Notes: generated from the sequence alone by a model not told the origin. DNA of 36,158 bases from Candidatus Kaiserbacteria bacterium (GCA_007116965.1 SKHJ01000053.1:1-36158); one strand, 5' to 3'; counted from the first letter of the stretch, positions 8,901-15,892 are shown. A program made the numbers and translations.

Positions 8901-10372
8901 GTACTGGTATCGATATTGCGGGTAACTTTGCGTACATCACCTCAGCGGGGAGCGGTGACGATCTGCAGGTCTTTGATATCAGTGACCCGGTCAACCCAGT
9001 ACTACTTGATGGGATCAATTTACCTACCCAGGCCAATGATGTAGTAGTGCGGGGTCGGTACGCGTATGTTGTCACTAATTCAGCGGGCAACGATTTTCAT
9101 GTCATCGATATCCTTGACCCATTTGCCATGGACGAAGTTGGTTCATTGCCGCTCCCAACCAGCGCTACCGCTCTGGTGGTCAACGGTCGCTATGCCTATG
9201 TGACCACAGAAGCAGCCGGTCAAGATATCCACGTCATTGACATATTCGACCCTAGTCAACCTCGACTGATCGGCGGGTTTGACCTACAGTCCGGTGACGG
9301 GTTAGCGATAGCGGTCAGTGGTCGCTATGCCTACGTCGGTGGAAGTGGTACCAACAACCGCTTTAGGATATTTGATGTCTCAGGGGCTGAATTGCAATCT
9401 GCAGTTGTTCACTCACTGCTCGGCGGTTCTTTGGATGTCAGTAGTAATGTCGTTGTGGCGGGACGGGTCAGCGCTGGATTGGGGGTAAGTGCGGGAGTAG
9501 AGGGGTTGCGGACCGATGGACAACTGATAGTGCAGGGCACGGGTGACTCGTTCCTGGCGGGCCGTCTTGGTATCGGTACCAGCACGCCGAGTAGCGAGCT
9601 GACTGTGGCCGGTACGATTCGCTCTACTAGTATTGCTGGTTGTGATGGTCTCGATACGGATATGTTCGGTAATATCATTTGCTATTCGCCATCAGATGAG
9701 CGGCTCAAAACCGGCGTACAGAACATTGAAGGAGCCCTAGACTCTGTCTTGCAACTACAAGGCGTCTCGTTCTATTGGCTGGACGAGGAACGGTTTGGGC
9801 CACAGCGTGAACTTGGTTTTATTGCGCAAGAGGTGGCCGAGATATTCCCCGAGGCGGTACGTGAACGAGAGGAATATTGGTCGCTCAACCCTGCTCGTTT
9901 AGTGGCAGTGGTGGTAGAAGCCATCAAAGAGTTGTGGGAGGTAGTGCGAGGCAACCAGGATAAGCTAGCTGAGTTGGAGACACGGGTCGCAGAACTCGAG
10001 GCCCAACAGTCCGCAGCTATTAGTAACACGCCGGGCACTGAAGGGGGTACGACCATTGTGGGAGAAAATCTCTCGACCACAGTAGAAGACGAGGAACCCG
10101 AAACCGCTACCACCACCGCTACGACCAGTGAAATGTCCGCTGCAACGCTGGTGGAGGATGGTGTAGATACAGCCACCAGCTCAACAGCTGCCAGTACGGA
10201 TGTGACCGATACCGACGAGTCAGTGGAGTCGCCATCATCAGCTACCACCACGAGTGCTACGTTGCCAGAGAATGGTATCGAAGCTGTGCCGACGCCAGAG
10301 GTGGAGTCTGATACAGACCAGGGTAATGAGGATAGTGCGATTGCGGATGAACTGACCGAGGACGAAGAATAG
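5987..10372 (+). CDS. Giant N-terminally anchored surface protein: fibre/beta-helix repeats + 7 LVIVD repeats + peptidase S74 intramolecular-chaperone domain + acidic S/T tail
   Basis: 1461 aa from ATG 5987 (TTG 5981 is also possible). Single N-terminal TM (IVHITVAVLTVTMFAYSAGV). Thr/Gly/Val/Ala-rich repetitive body, with the domain blocks listed separately below. Confidence 0.85.
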   Translation: MRIRGGPKSWSKRLESIVHITVAVLTVTMFAYSAGVRVDLERLNAVTQVAQIGSALPTETTGLTPESESQSRWYEPITTQVRHVWSVVGETWYLVRTGAVFQLAQVGTSVPEGEAAAAALRPPGSWPLQPATDPSAGTLIVNTPLLVDNTLTVIGTSSLATTTLGGPLGALDASFTNVSIDGTLTIDTLTAAAVTAGTVGATAIDTATLGATTVETADLGVLNLATIAELIVDSAASLGSLQVLGASEVTTLLATGVLTAQGGMVTQGADIDAGEGEIFASNIVNEIVAGENVTITGTQNVPIISVSADDLVGVLSLNGQSGDLDLVGGVDITISGLTISSNATLATVRSRGGCVDCITDGDVRADLTISGGTINGTPIGLTTPSSAAFTTVAVGTTTSSTTLTVGGGLEVSERILMTGSATSTFFGSVNLESGCFAIGGVCIEGVEPSSYVGLNDTPAGLTNNALQFANASGTALTQSANLVFADGRLGVGTATPERTLTVVGDTLLSGALRVESSTSSQFVGGINVTGGCVSVDGVCLVGGVNRLADLTDVTVVATSTGDILLFDGSDWTNVPTSSLGLGDGRFRGLSDTPDLFTPSAISFVNAGGSALTQDSEFIYSGGQLGVGTSDLRTTLTVGGDISVLGAEALRWYDSDSTHYVGFRAPSTLTGSTVWTLPASDGSANQLLVTDGAGNLFFDDLSALGGGANRYVELTDTPGAFVGAGVIPFVNATSSALTQASTFVFREGRLGVGVNDPGQTLTVQGDIRFQPNAQDIGMVYSTSGNRFGFGTPSISDNRIALRGSLTQFGGVQGDPYELVPRGSVTTLPARVNDIVVVGNLAYAVTDSANNDFHIIDVTNPDNPVEIGQLDLPLNANGRAVTILGQYAYVVSTSQGDDFHVINVSDPTDPEIVNSLPLPTILPTSVNDVAIKGNYAYVVANRTTDAADRQFFVIDITDPTQPSFVNELFLADSGTGIDIAGNFAYITSAGSGDDLQVFDISDPVNPVLLDGINLPTQANDVVVRGRYAYVVTNSAGNDFHVIDILDPFAMDEVGSLPLPTSATALVVNGRYAYVTTEAAGQDIHVIDIFDPSQPRLIGGFDLQSGDGLAIAVSGRYAYVGGSGTNNRFRIFDVSGAELQSAVVHSLLGGSLDVSSNVVVAGRVSAGLGVSAGVEGLRTDGQLIVQGTGDSFLAGRLGIGTSTPSSELTVAGTIRSTSIAGCDGLDTDMFGNIICYSPSDERLKTGVQNIEGALDSVLQLQGVSFYWLDEERFGPQRELGFIAQEVAEIFPEAVREREEYWSLNPARLVAVVVEAIKELWEVVRGNQDKLAELETRVAELEAQQSAAISNTPGTEGGTTIVGENLSTTVEDEEPETATTTATTSEMSAATLVEDGVDTATSSTAASTDVTDTDESVESPSSATTTSATLPENGIEAVPTPEVESDTDQGNEDSAIADELTEDEE
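7337..8281 (+). repeat. Three copies of a ~55-aa tail-fibre-like unit spaced ~125-135 aa apart
   Basis: The units are YVGLNDTPAGL..ALQFANASGTALTQSANLVFADGRLGVGTATPERTLTVVGD, FRGLSDTPDLF..AISFVNAGGSALTQDSEFIYSGGQLGVGTSDLRTTLTVGGD and YVELTDTPGAF..VIPFVNATSSALTQASTFVFREGRLGVGVNDPGQTLTVQGD. A fourth partial copy (GRLGIGTSTPSSELTVAG) lies near 9550-9620. Confidence 0.8.
8468..9397 (+). repeat. Seven tandem ~44-aa LVIVD-type repeats (predicted 7-bladed beta-propeller)
   Basis: Repeat cores are GNLAYAVTDSANNDFHIIDVTNPDNP, GQYAYVVSTSQGDDFHVINVSDPTDP, GNYAYVVAN..RQFFVIDITDPTQP, GNFAYITSAGSGDDLQVFDISDPVNP, GRYAYVVTNSAGNDFHVIDILDP, GRYAYVTTEAAGQDIHVIDIFDPSQP and GRYAYVGGSGTNNRFRIFDVSG. Confidence 0.85.
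9692..10009 (+). other. Peptidase S74 / 'chaperone of endosialidase' self-cleaving C-terminal domain
   Basis: SDERLKTGVQNIEGALDSVLQLQGVSFYWLDEE...GFIAQEVAEIFPEAV...WSLNPARLVAVVVEAIKELWEVV, followed by the coiled coil LAELETRVAELEAQ. This matches the S-D-x-R-x-K ... G.iAQEv..v.P..V ... L...l..aiqeL pattern of phage tailspike and tail-fibre intramolecular chaperones. Confidence 0.8.
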
Positions 10373-10495
10373 TAGTGCTTTATCCACAGCGCAACCGTAC
10401 AGCGACACAAAAAACAACCAGTGTAGAGTATACTTTCTAGTATCACCTATCCGTGATGTGCTGAATTATTAGCAAAACTTACGAACCACAAAATT

Positions 10496-11182
10496 ATGCA
10501 GTTCACCAAAGAACACCCAGTTGTTTCTGCCTTGATATCGACCATCTTGATCACTCCGCTGCTCTTTTTCATGTATTTTGCCTTTGAACCACGAGTCGTG
10601 TTGAGTCAATCTGAAGAGGAGACCTTCATTATCGAACAAATAATTGGTGAAGAGATCTCCTTCCAAGTACCTCCTGGTGATGTGGAGATGGACGGTACAC
10701 TAGGTGGTTTGTTGGGAGGAATCAGTAATGGTTCAACTACCTTCGCGGTAGCTACCAACGCACCGCTAGGTTACCAAGTGGAGATCGCGTTCACCCAAGC
10801 AGATGCGATGGTTAACAACGCCTCTTCCACGTACTTTATTCCCAACCTCAATCCTCGCGAATTTGAGTTCTCAACCTCGACTGTCGCTGGTAGCGCTGGC
10901 TTTGCGTACACGGTGACTGGTGGTACGCATGTTGATAACTTTTTCGCTGATGATGGTGATAACTGTGGTACTGGTTCAAACTACTCAGCTGACCGCTGTT
11001 GGTTTATGGAAGAAACCGCTACCACGCCACGGATAATCGTAGACTCAAATTCACCAACTGATGGTCAGGGTGATGAGACGATTCTTTACTTCAGAGTGGC
11101 AGTAGACCAGAACCCATCACTGCAGCTACCGACTGGCACCTATACTGCCACTGCTACCCTTACTGCTGCTCCGCAGACCTAA
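10496..11182 (+). CDS. Secreted/anchored beta-rich surface protein, WxL-like but Trp-less (paralogue A)
   Basis: N-terminal hydrophobic signal or anchor. Colinear motifs are shared with 12422-13189: GGISNGSTTFAVATNAPLGYQVEI, FEFSTS, DDGDNCGTGSNYSADRCW, and the C-terminal PTGTYTATATLTAAP. Confidence 0.6.
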   Translation: MQFTKEHPVVSALISTILITPLLFFMYFAFEPRVVLSQSEEETFIIEQIIGEEISFQVPPGDVEMDGTLGGLLGGISNGSTTFAVATNAPLGYQVEIAFTQADAMVNNASSTYFIPNLNPREFEFSTSTVAGSAGFAYTVTGGTHVDNFFADDGDNCGTGSNYSADRCWFMEETATTPRIIVDSNSPTDGQGDETILYFRVAVDQNPSLQLPTGTYTATATLTAAPQT

Positions 11183-11195
11183 TTTTGCGGCTTTC

Positions 11196-11223
11196 TTGCA
11201 AATGTTACGACAAGAGTTACAAT
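11196..11223 (+). promoter_or_regulatory. Candidate sigma70-type promoter TTGCAA-16 nt-TACAAT for the 11329-14806 operon
   Basis: TTGCAA (11196-11201) and TACAAT (11218-11223) lie in the 146-nt gap upstream of the 11329 gene. Confidence 0.35.
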
Positions 11224-11328
11224 AGGTCAGTAAGCTGGCCAGCAGGTTGTTAGTTGGGTGTTGTTTAGATAGAGGCCGCGATGTGTATGATTTTTATTCC
11301 TATATCCGTAAAGGTACGCGCGCAAGGC

Positions 11329-12399
11329 ATGACATCATTACGTTTGCTGACCTTGTTGTCACTCTTGCTGGTGGCAACGATACCTGTTGGGGTGCTGGCC
11401 GAGACAGGGGCAGCACCAGAAGACCTGGCGGTGCTTGATGAGGAAGTATTAGTGGTTGCAGATGATGATACAGCAGCAGTGACTGCTGACACCTCTACTC
11501 CGGAAGATAGTTATCGCAGAGAACCGCTTGTTAGTCGGGAGGTGTTTGGTGATTTTGTCATCGGTCCGGGTCGGTTTGACGTCGAGTTAGCTCCAGGGCA
11601 GTCGCGTACTGTCGAGATGACCATAGCTAATCGGATGGGGGAGGGTAAGATTTTTAGTTTCGAGACCGAGGATATGGTGGGTGCTCGTGACCCAAACCGC
11701 ACGATCGACCTACTGGGTGACCAGGAAGGGCCGTACAGCCTGCGCGACTTCATTTCTGTCTCGCACCAGACTTTTTTTCTAGAGCACGGACAGCGTGCTC
11801 GGGTACCCGTCACTATCACGTTACCTCCAGATGTGGAGCCGGGTGGACGCTACGGTTCATTGTTGGTGTCGGTTACCTCTCGTCCGAGCCAACAGGTAGC
11901 AGCTGGCACCCGTTCGGGATCGGCTATTGTCAGTCGTATTGGAGCGCTTTTCTTTGTCACGACACCTGGTGATATTGTGCGCGATAGCTCACTAACCAGC
12001 TTTAGTACACGTAATCGGCAACGGTTCTTCACAGCCGGCCCAGTTACCTTTGATATCACACAGGAGAACTTCGGGTCGGTACACACTAATCCGTACGGTC
12101 GGATGGTCATCACCAATATCTTGGGTGAAGAGGTGGGTCGGGTAAACCTGGACCCCTGGTACGTAATGCCGCAAGCAATCCGGACCCGTGAACTCACCTG
12201 GGACCGGGAGTTCTTGTTCGGGCGATATACCGCTACTGCCCAGATCAACCGAGGCTACGATGATATCGTCGACGAAAAGGCTTTCGTCTTCTACGTCGTA
12301 CCGTGGCGTCTAGGAGTGATAGTATTTGGGATTCTTTTCCTCGGCTTCTTGCTTCTCCGCTTGTTCTTCAGCCGCTTCGAACTCAAACGGAAATCGTAG
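11329..12399 (+). CDS. Surface protein with signal peptide, two beta-sandwich-like modules and a C-terminal TM anchor (DUF916/DUF3324-like architecture)
   Basis: The start is moved to ATG 11329, which opens on the signal peptide MTSLRLLTLLSLLLVATIPVGVLA. Module 1 is 'FDVELAPGQSRTVEMTIANRMGEGKIFSFE ... RARVPVTITLPPDVEPGGRYGSLLV'. Module 2 is 'VTFDITQENFGSVHTNPYGRMVITNILGEEVGRVNLDPWYVMPQAIRTRELTW..FGRYTATAQI'. The C-terminal TM is LGVIVFGILFLGFLLLRLFF, followed by a KRK tail. Confidence 0.6.
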   Translation: MTSLRLLTLLSLLLVATIPVGVLAETGAAPEDLAVLDEEVLVVADDDTAAVTADTSTPEDSYRREPLVSREVFGDFVIGPGRFDVELAPGQSRTVEMTIANRMGEGKIFSFETEDMVGARDPNRTIDLLGDQEGPYSLRDFISVSHQTFFLEHGQRARVPVTITLPPDVEPGGRYGSLLVSVTSRPSQQVAAGTRSGSAIVSRIGALFFVTTPGDIVRDSSLTSFSTRNRQRFFTAGPVTFDITQENFGSVHTNPYGRMVITNILGEEVGRVNLDPWYVMPQAIRTRELTWDREFLFGRYTATAQINRGYDDIVDEKAFVFYVVPWRLGVIVFGILFLGFLLLRLFFSRFELKRKS

Positions 12400-12421
12400 C
12401 TAAATCAACTATGTCAGCACA

Positions 12422-13189
12422 ATGTCACGTTCTATCTATATCACAACTGTTTGCGCGCTGATCTTCACTCCGCTGGTGTTGTGGGGAATTGGGGTAGTGG
12501 GGGCGCAGGTGATGAGTGGTACCACTTACCAGATCGAAAGTGATAGTATCAATTTTGGTGGTGGCTTTAGCGCCTCGGATAACTATACGCTCAAGGATAC
12601 ATTGGGTGAGATTGCGACCGGCGAGTCAGAGAGCGAATCATTTCAGTTGCGTGCGGGCTACCGTCAGTTACTAGCAGTTGCCATCGCCATCTCAGCACCG
12701 ACTCCAGTGACTATGGATCCGCCCATCCCAGGTGTGACCGGTGGTTTTTCGACGGGGTCGACCAGTGTTACCGTGACCACTGATAACCCGGCTGGCTACG
12801 AGCTCGTGATCCGAGCTGAGAGCGAGCCAGCTATGCAAGGACCTAACGGAGCCAGTATCGGTGATTACGAACAGATTGGTGATGCAGATTTTACTTTTGC
12901 TACCAGTAGTACAATGGCGCACTTTGGCTTCTCGGTGGTAGGCGAAGACGCGGCGGCTCGTTTTCGTCATGACGGGTCTAATACCTGTGGTAGCGGAACC
13001 ACCAATACACCGCTGCGCTGTTGGGTTGGATTGCGCAGTTCTCCAGAGTTGGTAGCCCAGCGCACCACCAGTAACCATCCAGAAGGGAGGGAGACTACTT
13101 TCAACTTCCAAGTTGGTATTGGTGATGCGGTATCGCAGCCGCCAGGTGTGTACATAGCTACTACTACCGTGACTGCCTTGCCATTATAA
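12422..13189 (+). CDS. Secreted beta-rich surface protein, WxL-like but Trp-less (paralogue B)
   Basis: Signal peptide MSRSIYITTVCALIFTPLVLWGIGVVGAQV. Motifs are GGFSTGSTSVTVTTDNPAGYELVI, FTFATSS, HDGSNTCGSGTTNTPLRCW, and the C-terminal PPGVYIATTTVTALPL. These are colinear with 10496-11182. Confidence 0.6.
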   Translation: MSRSIYITTVCALIFTPLVLWGIGVVGAQVMSGTTYQIESDSINFGGGFSASDNYTLKDTLGEIATGESESESFQLRAGYRQLLAVAIAISAPTPVTMDPPIPGVTGGFSTGSTSVTVTTDNPAGYELVIRAESEPAMQGPNGASIGDYEQIGDADFTFATSSTMAHFGFSVVGEDAAARFRHDGSNTCGSGTTNTPLRCWVGLRSSPELVAQRTTSNHPEGRETTFNFQVGIGDAVSQPPGVYIATTTVTALPL

Positions 13190-13198
13190 TCCAAGATA

Positions 13199-14806
13199 AT
13201 GAACGCTTGGTTTAAAATCAGTCTTTGGTTACTTCTGCTACTTCCGGTCGGAGCGCTAGCACAAGCAACTAGCCAGTCATTTACAGTTGACCAGTGGTTT
13301 GGTGAACCGCCGACCGAGCCACCGAGTATACCGGCTAACGTAATGGCCACCCCAGTGGCATCCAGCCAGATCGATATAAGTTGGGACGCTTCCACTCACA
13401 CCGCCCCAGTGGTCGGGTACCAGGTCTTTCGTGACCTGGTACAGGTTGCTACGACTGCGGGCACCTTCTTCGCCGATACTGGTCTAACGGCCAGTACTAC
13501 CTACAGCTATACGGTCCGGTCGTTTGATGGGTTTGGTAATATTTCTAGCTCCTCTCTACCAGTGGCAACCACTACTTTTGCCCTGTCGCCGCCGGCACCG
13601 GACCCCGAAGACCCAACTGGACCAAGTAGACAGGCCAGCCAGGTCCCCTTACCGACCTTGGTAGAATTTTCGCTTGAACCAGGGAGTCACAACGCGCGTC
13701 TGGCGTTCACAACTTCTGTACCGGTATGGTATTCGATCAGCTACGGACAAGGGGAGACTTTGACGGAAGGTCAGATCCAGACGGATCGTTTCGCTAGCGA
13801 TCACGTGACCGTCCTAACGGACCTTGAGCCAGGTACCACGTATACGTTTGAGCTCTACGTGACTGATCGGTTCAATCGTGAAGTATTGCTCCGACAAGGA
13901 ATGTTCACGACCAGCGAGCGGTTTGCGGTGGAAAGTCCAGAGAATGTCCTCGGCTTACAGGCCAATGCGGTCGATTCGGACGTGTCACTGCGTTGGCAGA
14001 ACCCTAGCTTTACTGGCTTTGCCTACGTTCGGGTCGTACGCAATCACCGTTTCTATCCATTGGACCCATGGGACGGATTTGTGGTTTACGAAGGAGTCGG
14101 TAACGACTTCTTCGATACGCGAGCCCTGCTGGAGTTCGATCGACAGTACTATACCGTTTTTGTTTACAATCTTAATGGTGATCACTCATCGGGAGCAATC
14201 GCGAGTGCTGTGCGCGGCGTCCGGATACCGCCACTGACACCACCGCCGGTGGTACCCGAGCCAACACCGACAGCAACCAGCACTCCCGACGAGCTGGTTT
14301 TGAGCACGGTACGCGTCAGTGATATTGAATTCATCCAGCAAGACGAGCTGATCGTGCCGCCTGTCGATACTGTATCGTTACTGCGGGGTGTACCGTTTAT
14401 AGTTCGTCTGCCATACGAGACGGTGCTGCCACACCTGAAGGTGATCATCTTTACACTCTACGTACCGGAGGGACAACCGGCTACAGTTTCGTATTTGCTT
14501 CGCAGTAACCCAGAGCAGACCCATTATCAAGCTACCATTCCAGCGTTGACGACGCAGGGTGAACACCCGTTTACGGTCACGGTGTACGATGTACAAACAG
14601 AGCGTCAACACACTGTGGTAGGTACGATCACACTGACTGCACCTGATGAACCATTGCCAGCTGGTGATCCCACGTTGTTGCTGTTGTTGTACCTCTTTCT
14701 ATTAAGTGTAGCAGGTCTGTTCGCTACGATGCTGGCTCGGTGGCTTTGGTTCTTACTCTACCGACGACGGCGAGAGGCGGCTGAGGATAAGCCAGCTCTA
14801 TCTTGA
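13199..14806 (+). CDS. Surface protein with signal peptide, three FN3-like domains, an Ig-like domain and a C-terminal anchor
   Basis: Signal peptide MNAWFKISLWLLLLLPVGALAQA. FN3 signatures are 'ATPVASSQIDISWDAS..VVGYQVFRD..FADTGLTASTTYSYTVRSFD', 'ARLAFTTSVPVWYSISYG..LEPGTTYTFELYV' and 'DVSLRWQNP..YVRVVRN..YYTVFVYN'. The C-terminus is LPAGD, then a ~30-aa hydrophobic stretch, then RRRRE. Confidence 0.7.
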   Translation: MNAWFKISLWLLLLLPVGALAQATSQSFTVDQWFGEPPTEPPSIPANVMATPVASSQIDISWDASTHTAPVVGYQVFRDLVQVATTAGTFFADTGLTASTTYSYTVRSFDGFGNISSSSLPVATTTFALSPPAPDPEDPTGPSRQASQVPLPTLVEFSLEPGSHNARLAFTTSVPVWYSISYGQGETLTEGQIQTDRFASDHVTVLTDLEPGTTYTFELYVTDRFNREVLLRQGMFTTSERFAVESPENVLGLQANAVDSDVSLRWQNPSFTGFAYVRVVRNHRFYPLDPWDGFVVYEGVGNDFFDTRALLEFDRQYYTVFVYNLNGDHSSGAIASAVRGVRIPPLTPPPVVPEPTPTATSTPDELVLSTVRVSDIEFIQQDELIVPPVDTVSLLRGVPFIVRLPYETVLPHLKVIIFTLYVPEGQPATVSYLLRSNPEQTHYQATIPALTTQGEHPFTVTVYDVQTERQHTVVGTITLTAPDEPLPAGDPTLLLLLYLFLLSVAGLFATMLARWLWFLLYRRRREAAEDKPALS

Positions 14807-14815
14807 GCGTTTTTC

Positions 14816-14824
14816 TGGTATCAT
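14816..14824 (+). promoter_or_regulatory. Extended -10 box TGGTATCAT upstream of gap
   Basis: TGn + TATCAT, with 33 nt between it and ATG 14858. Confidence 0.4.
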
Positions 14825-14857
14825 TAGAGTACTTACTAATTTATTTGTTCTTTTGCT

Positions 14858-15892
14858 ATGGTCAATGTGGCGATAAATGGATTTGGTCGAATTGGGCGGG
14901 CGTTCTTTCGTATGGCGTACGAACACCCCGAACTGAACATCGTAGCCATCAATGATCTGGGTGAACCAGAGAATTTGGCGTATCTACTTGAGTTCGACTC
15001 GGTATATGGACGCAGTAGTCAGCCGGTGGTGATCGAGGACGGAATGTTGGTGGTGGGGGAGAAACGAGTCAAGCTACTACAAGAACGGGAGCCACAGGCC
15101 TTACCGTGGGCTGATATGCAAGTAGATATCGTCATAGAGTCTACTGGTTTCTTTGCAACATATGAACTGGCCAAGAAGCATCTCGAGGCGGGAGCAAAGC
15201 GCGTAGTCCTCTCAGCTCCCATCAAGGGAGATCCGGCAGCGGTAGACGTCAGTGGGGCGACAGTCCTGATGGGCGTCAATGATGAACGTCTCGGTGAAGT
15301 GCAAATATCTTCGAACGCATCTTGTACCACCAATGCCACGAGTCCGGTCATTGGTATCTTGCACGAAGCAATTGGTGTACAGAAGGCCGTCTTGAATACA
15401 GTGCATGCCTATACCGCTTCACAATCATTGGTCGATGGTCCGAGTAAAAAAGATTATCGAAGCGGTCGGGCAGCTGCTCTCAACGTTATACCGAGCACTA
15501 CGGGCGCGGCCCAAGCAACTACCGAGGCGCATACTGACCTGGCCGGCAAGTTCGACGGGATGGCTATGCGGGTACCAGTGCCGGTCGGTTCGATCGTTGA
15601 TATTACCTTCGTAGCAACTCGTCCGACTAGTGTCGAAGAGGTTAATAATGCTTTAATCGCTGCCGCTGAGAGTGAGCGATGGCAGCCGATCTTTGCGGTA
15701 ACCGATGAACCTCTCGTATCGAGTGACGTTATCGGCGCTCGCTATGGCTCCATCGCTGATATCAGTTTTACCCGGGTGGTGGACGGTGATTTGGTGAAGG
15801 TGTTGGCCTGGTATGACAACGAAAGTAGTTACACGCACACGCTATTGCTCCACGTTGAACGTATCGCACAGCACCTGAGTACGCAGCAGTAA
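14858..15892 (+). CDS. gap: Glyceraldehyde-3-phosphate dehydrogenase
   Basis: NGFGRIGR Rossmann motif, active site SNASCTTNA, and WYDNE near the C-terminus. Confidence 0.95.
   Translation: MVNVAINGFGRIGRAFFRMAYEHPELNIVAINDLGEPENLAYLLEFDSVYGRSSQPVVIEDGMLVVGEKRVKLLQEREPQALPWADMQVDIVIESTGFFATYELAKKHLEAGAKRVVLSAPIKGDPAAVDVSGATVLMGVNDERLGEVQISSNASCTTNATSPVIGILHEAIGVQKAVLNTVHAYTASQSLVDGPSKKDYRSGRAAALNVIPSTTGAAQATTEAHTDLAGKFDGMAMRVPVPVGSIVDITFVATRPTSVEEVNNALIAAAESERWQPIFAVTDEPLVSSDVIGARYGSIADISFTRVVDGDLVKVLAWYDNESSYTHTLLLHVERIAQHLSTQQ

Noticed and set aside
5987-10372. Prophage or phage-remnant interpretation of the S74-domain giant gene
   Set aside because: No integrase, terminase, capsid, portal, baseplate or lysis genes occur anywhere in the 36 kb. 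The gene has an N-terminal membrane anchor and is flanked by housekeeping operons.
6289-10446. Large antisense ORFs inside the giant gene (6289-6897, 6943-7251, 7336-7800, 8788-9090, 9409-9678, 9772-10446, all minus strand)
   Set aside because: These are shadow ORFs typical of the low-complexity Thr/Gly/Ala/Val-rich coding strand. Their translations are low-complexity Ser/Pro/Thr/Val/Ala-rich sequence with no motifs, and they are fully contained in a strongly supported plus-strand CDS.
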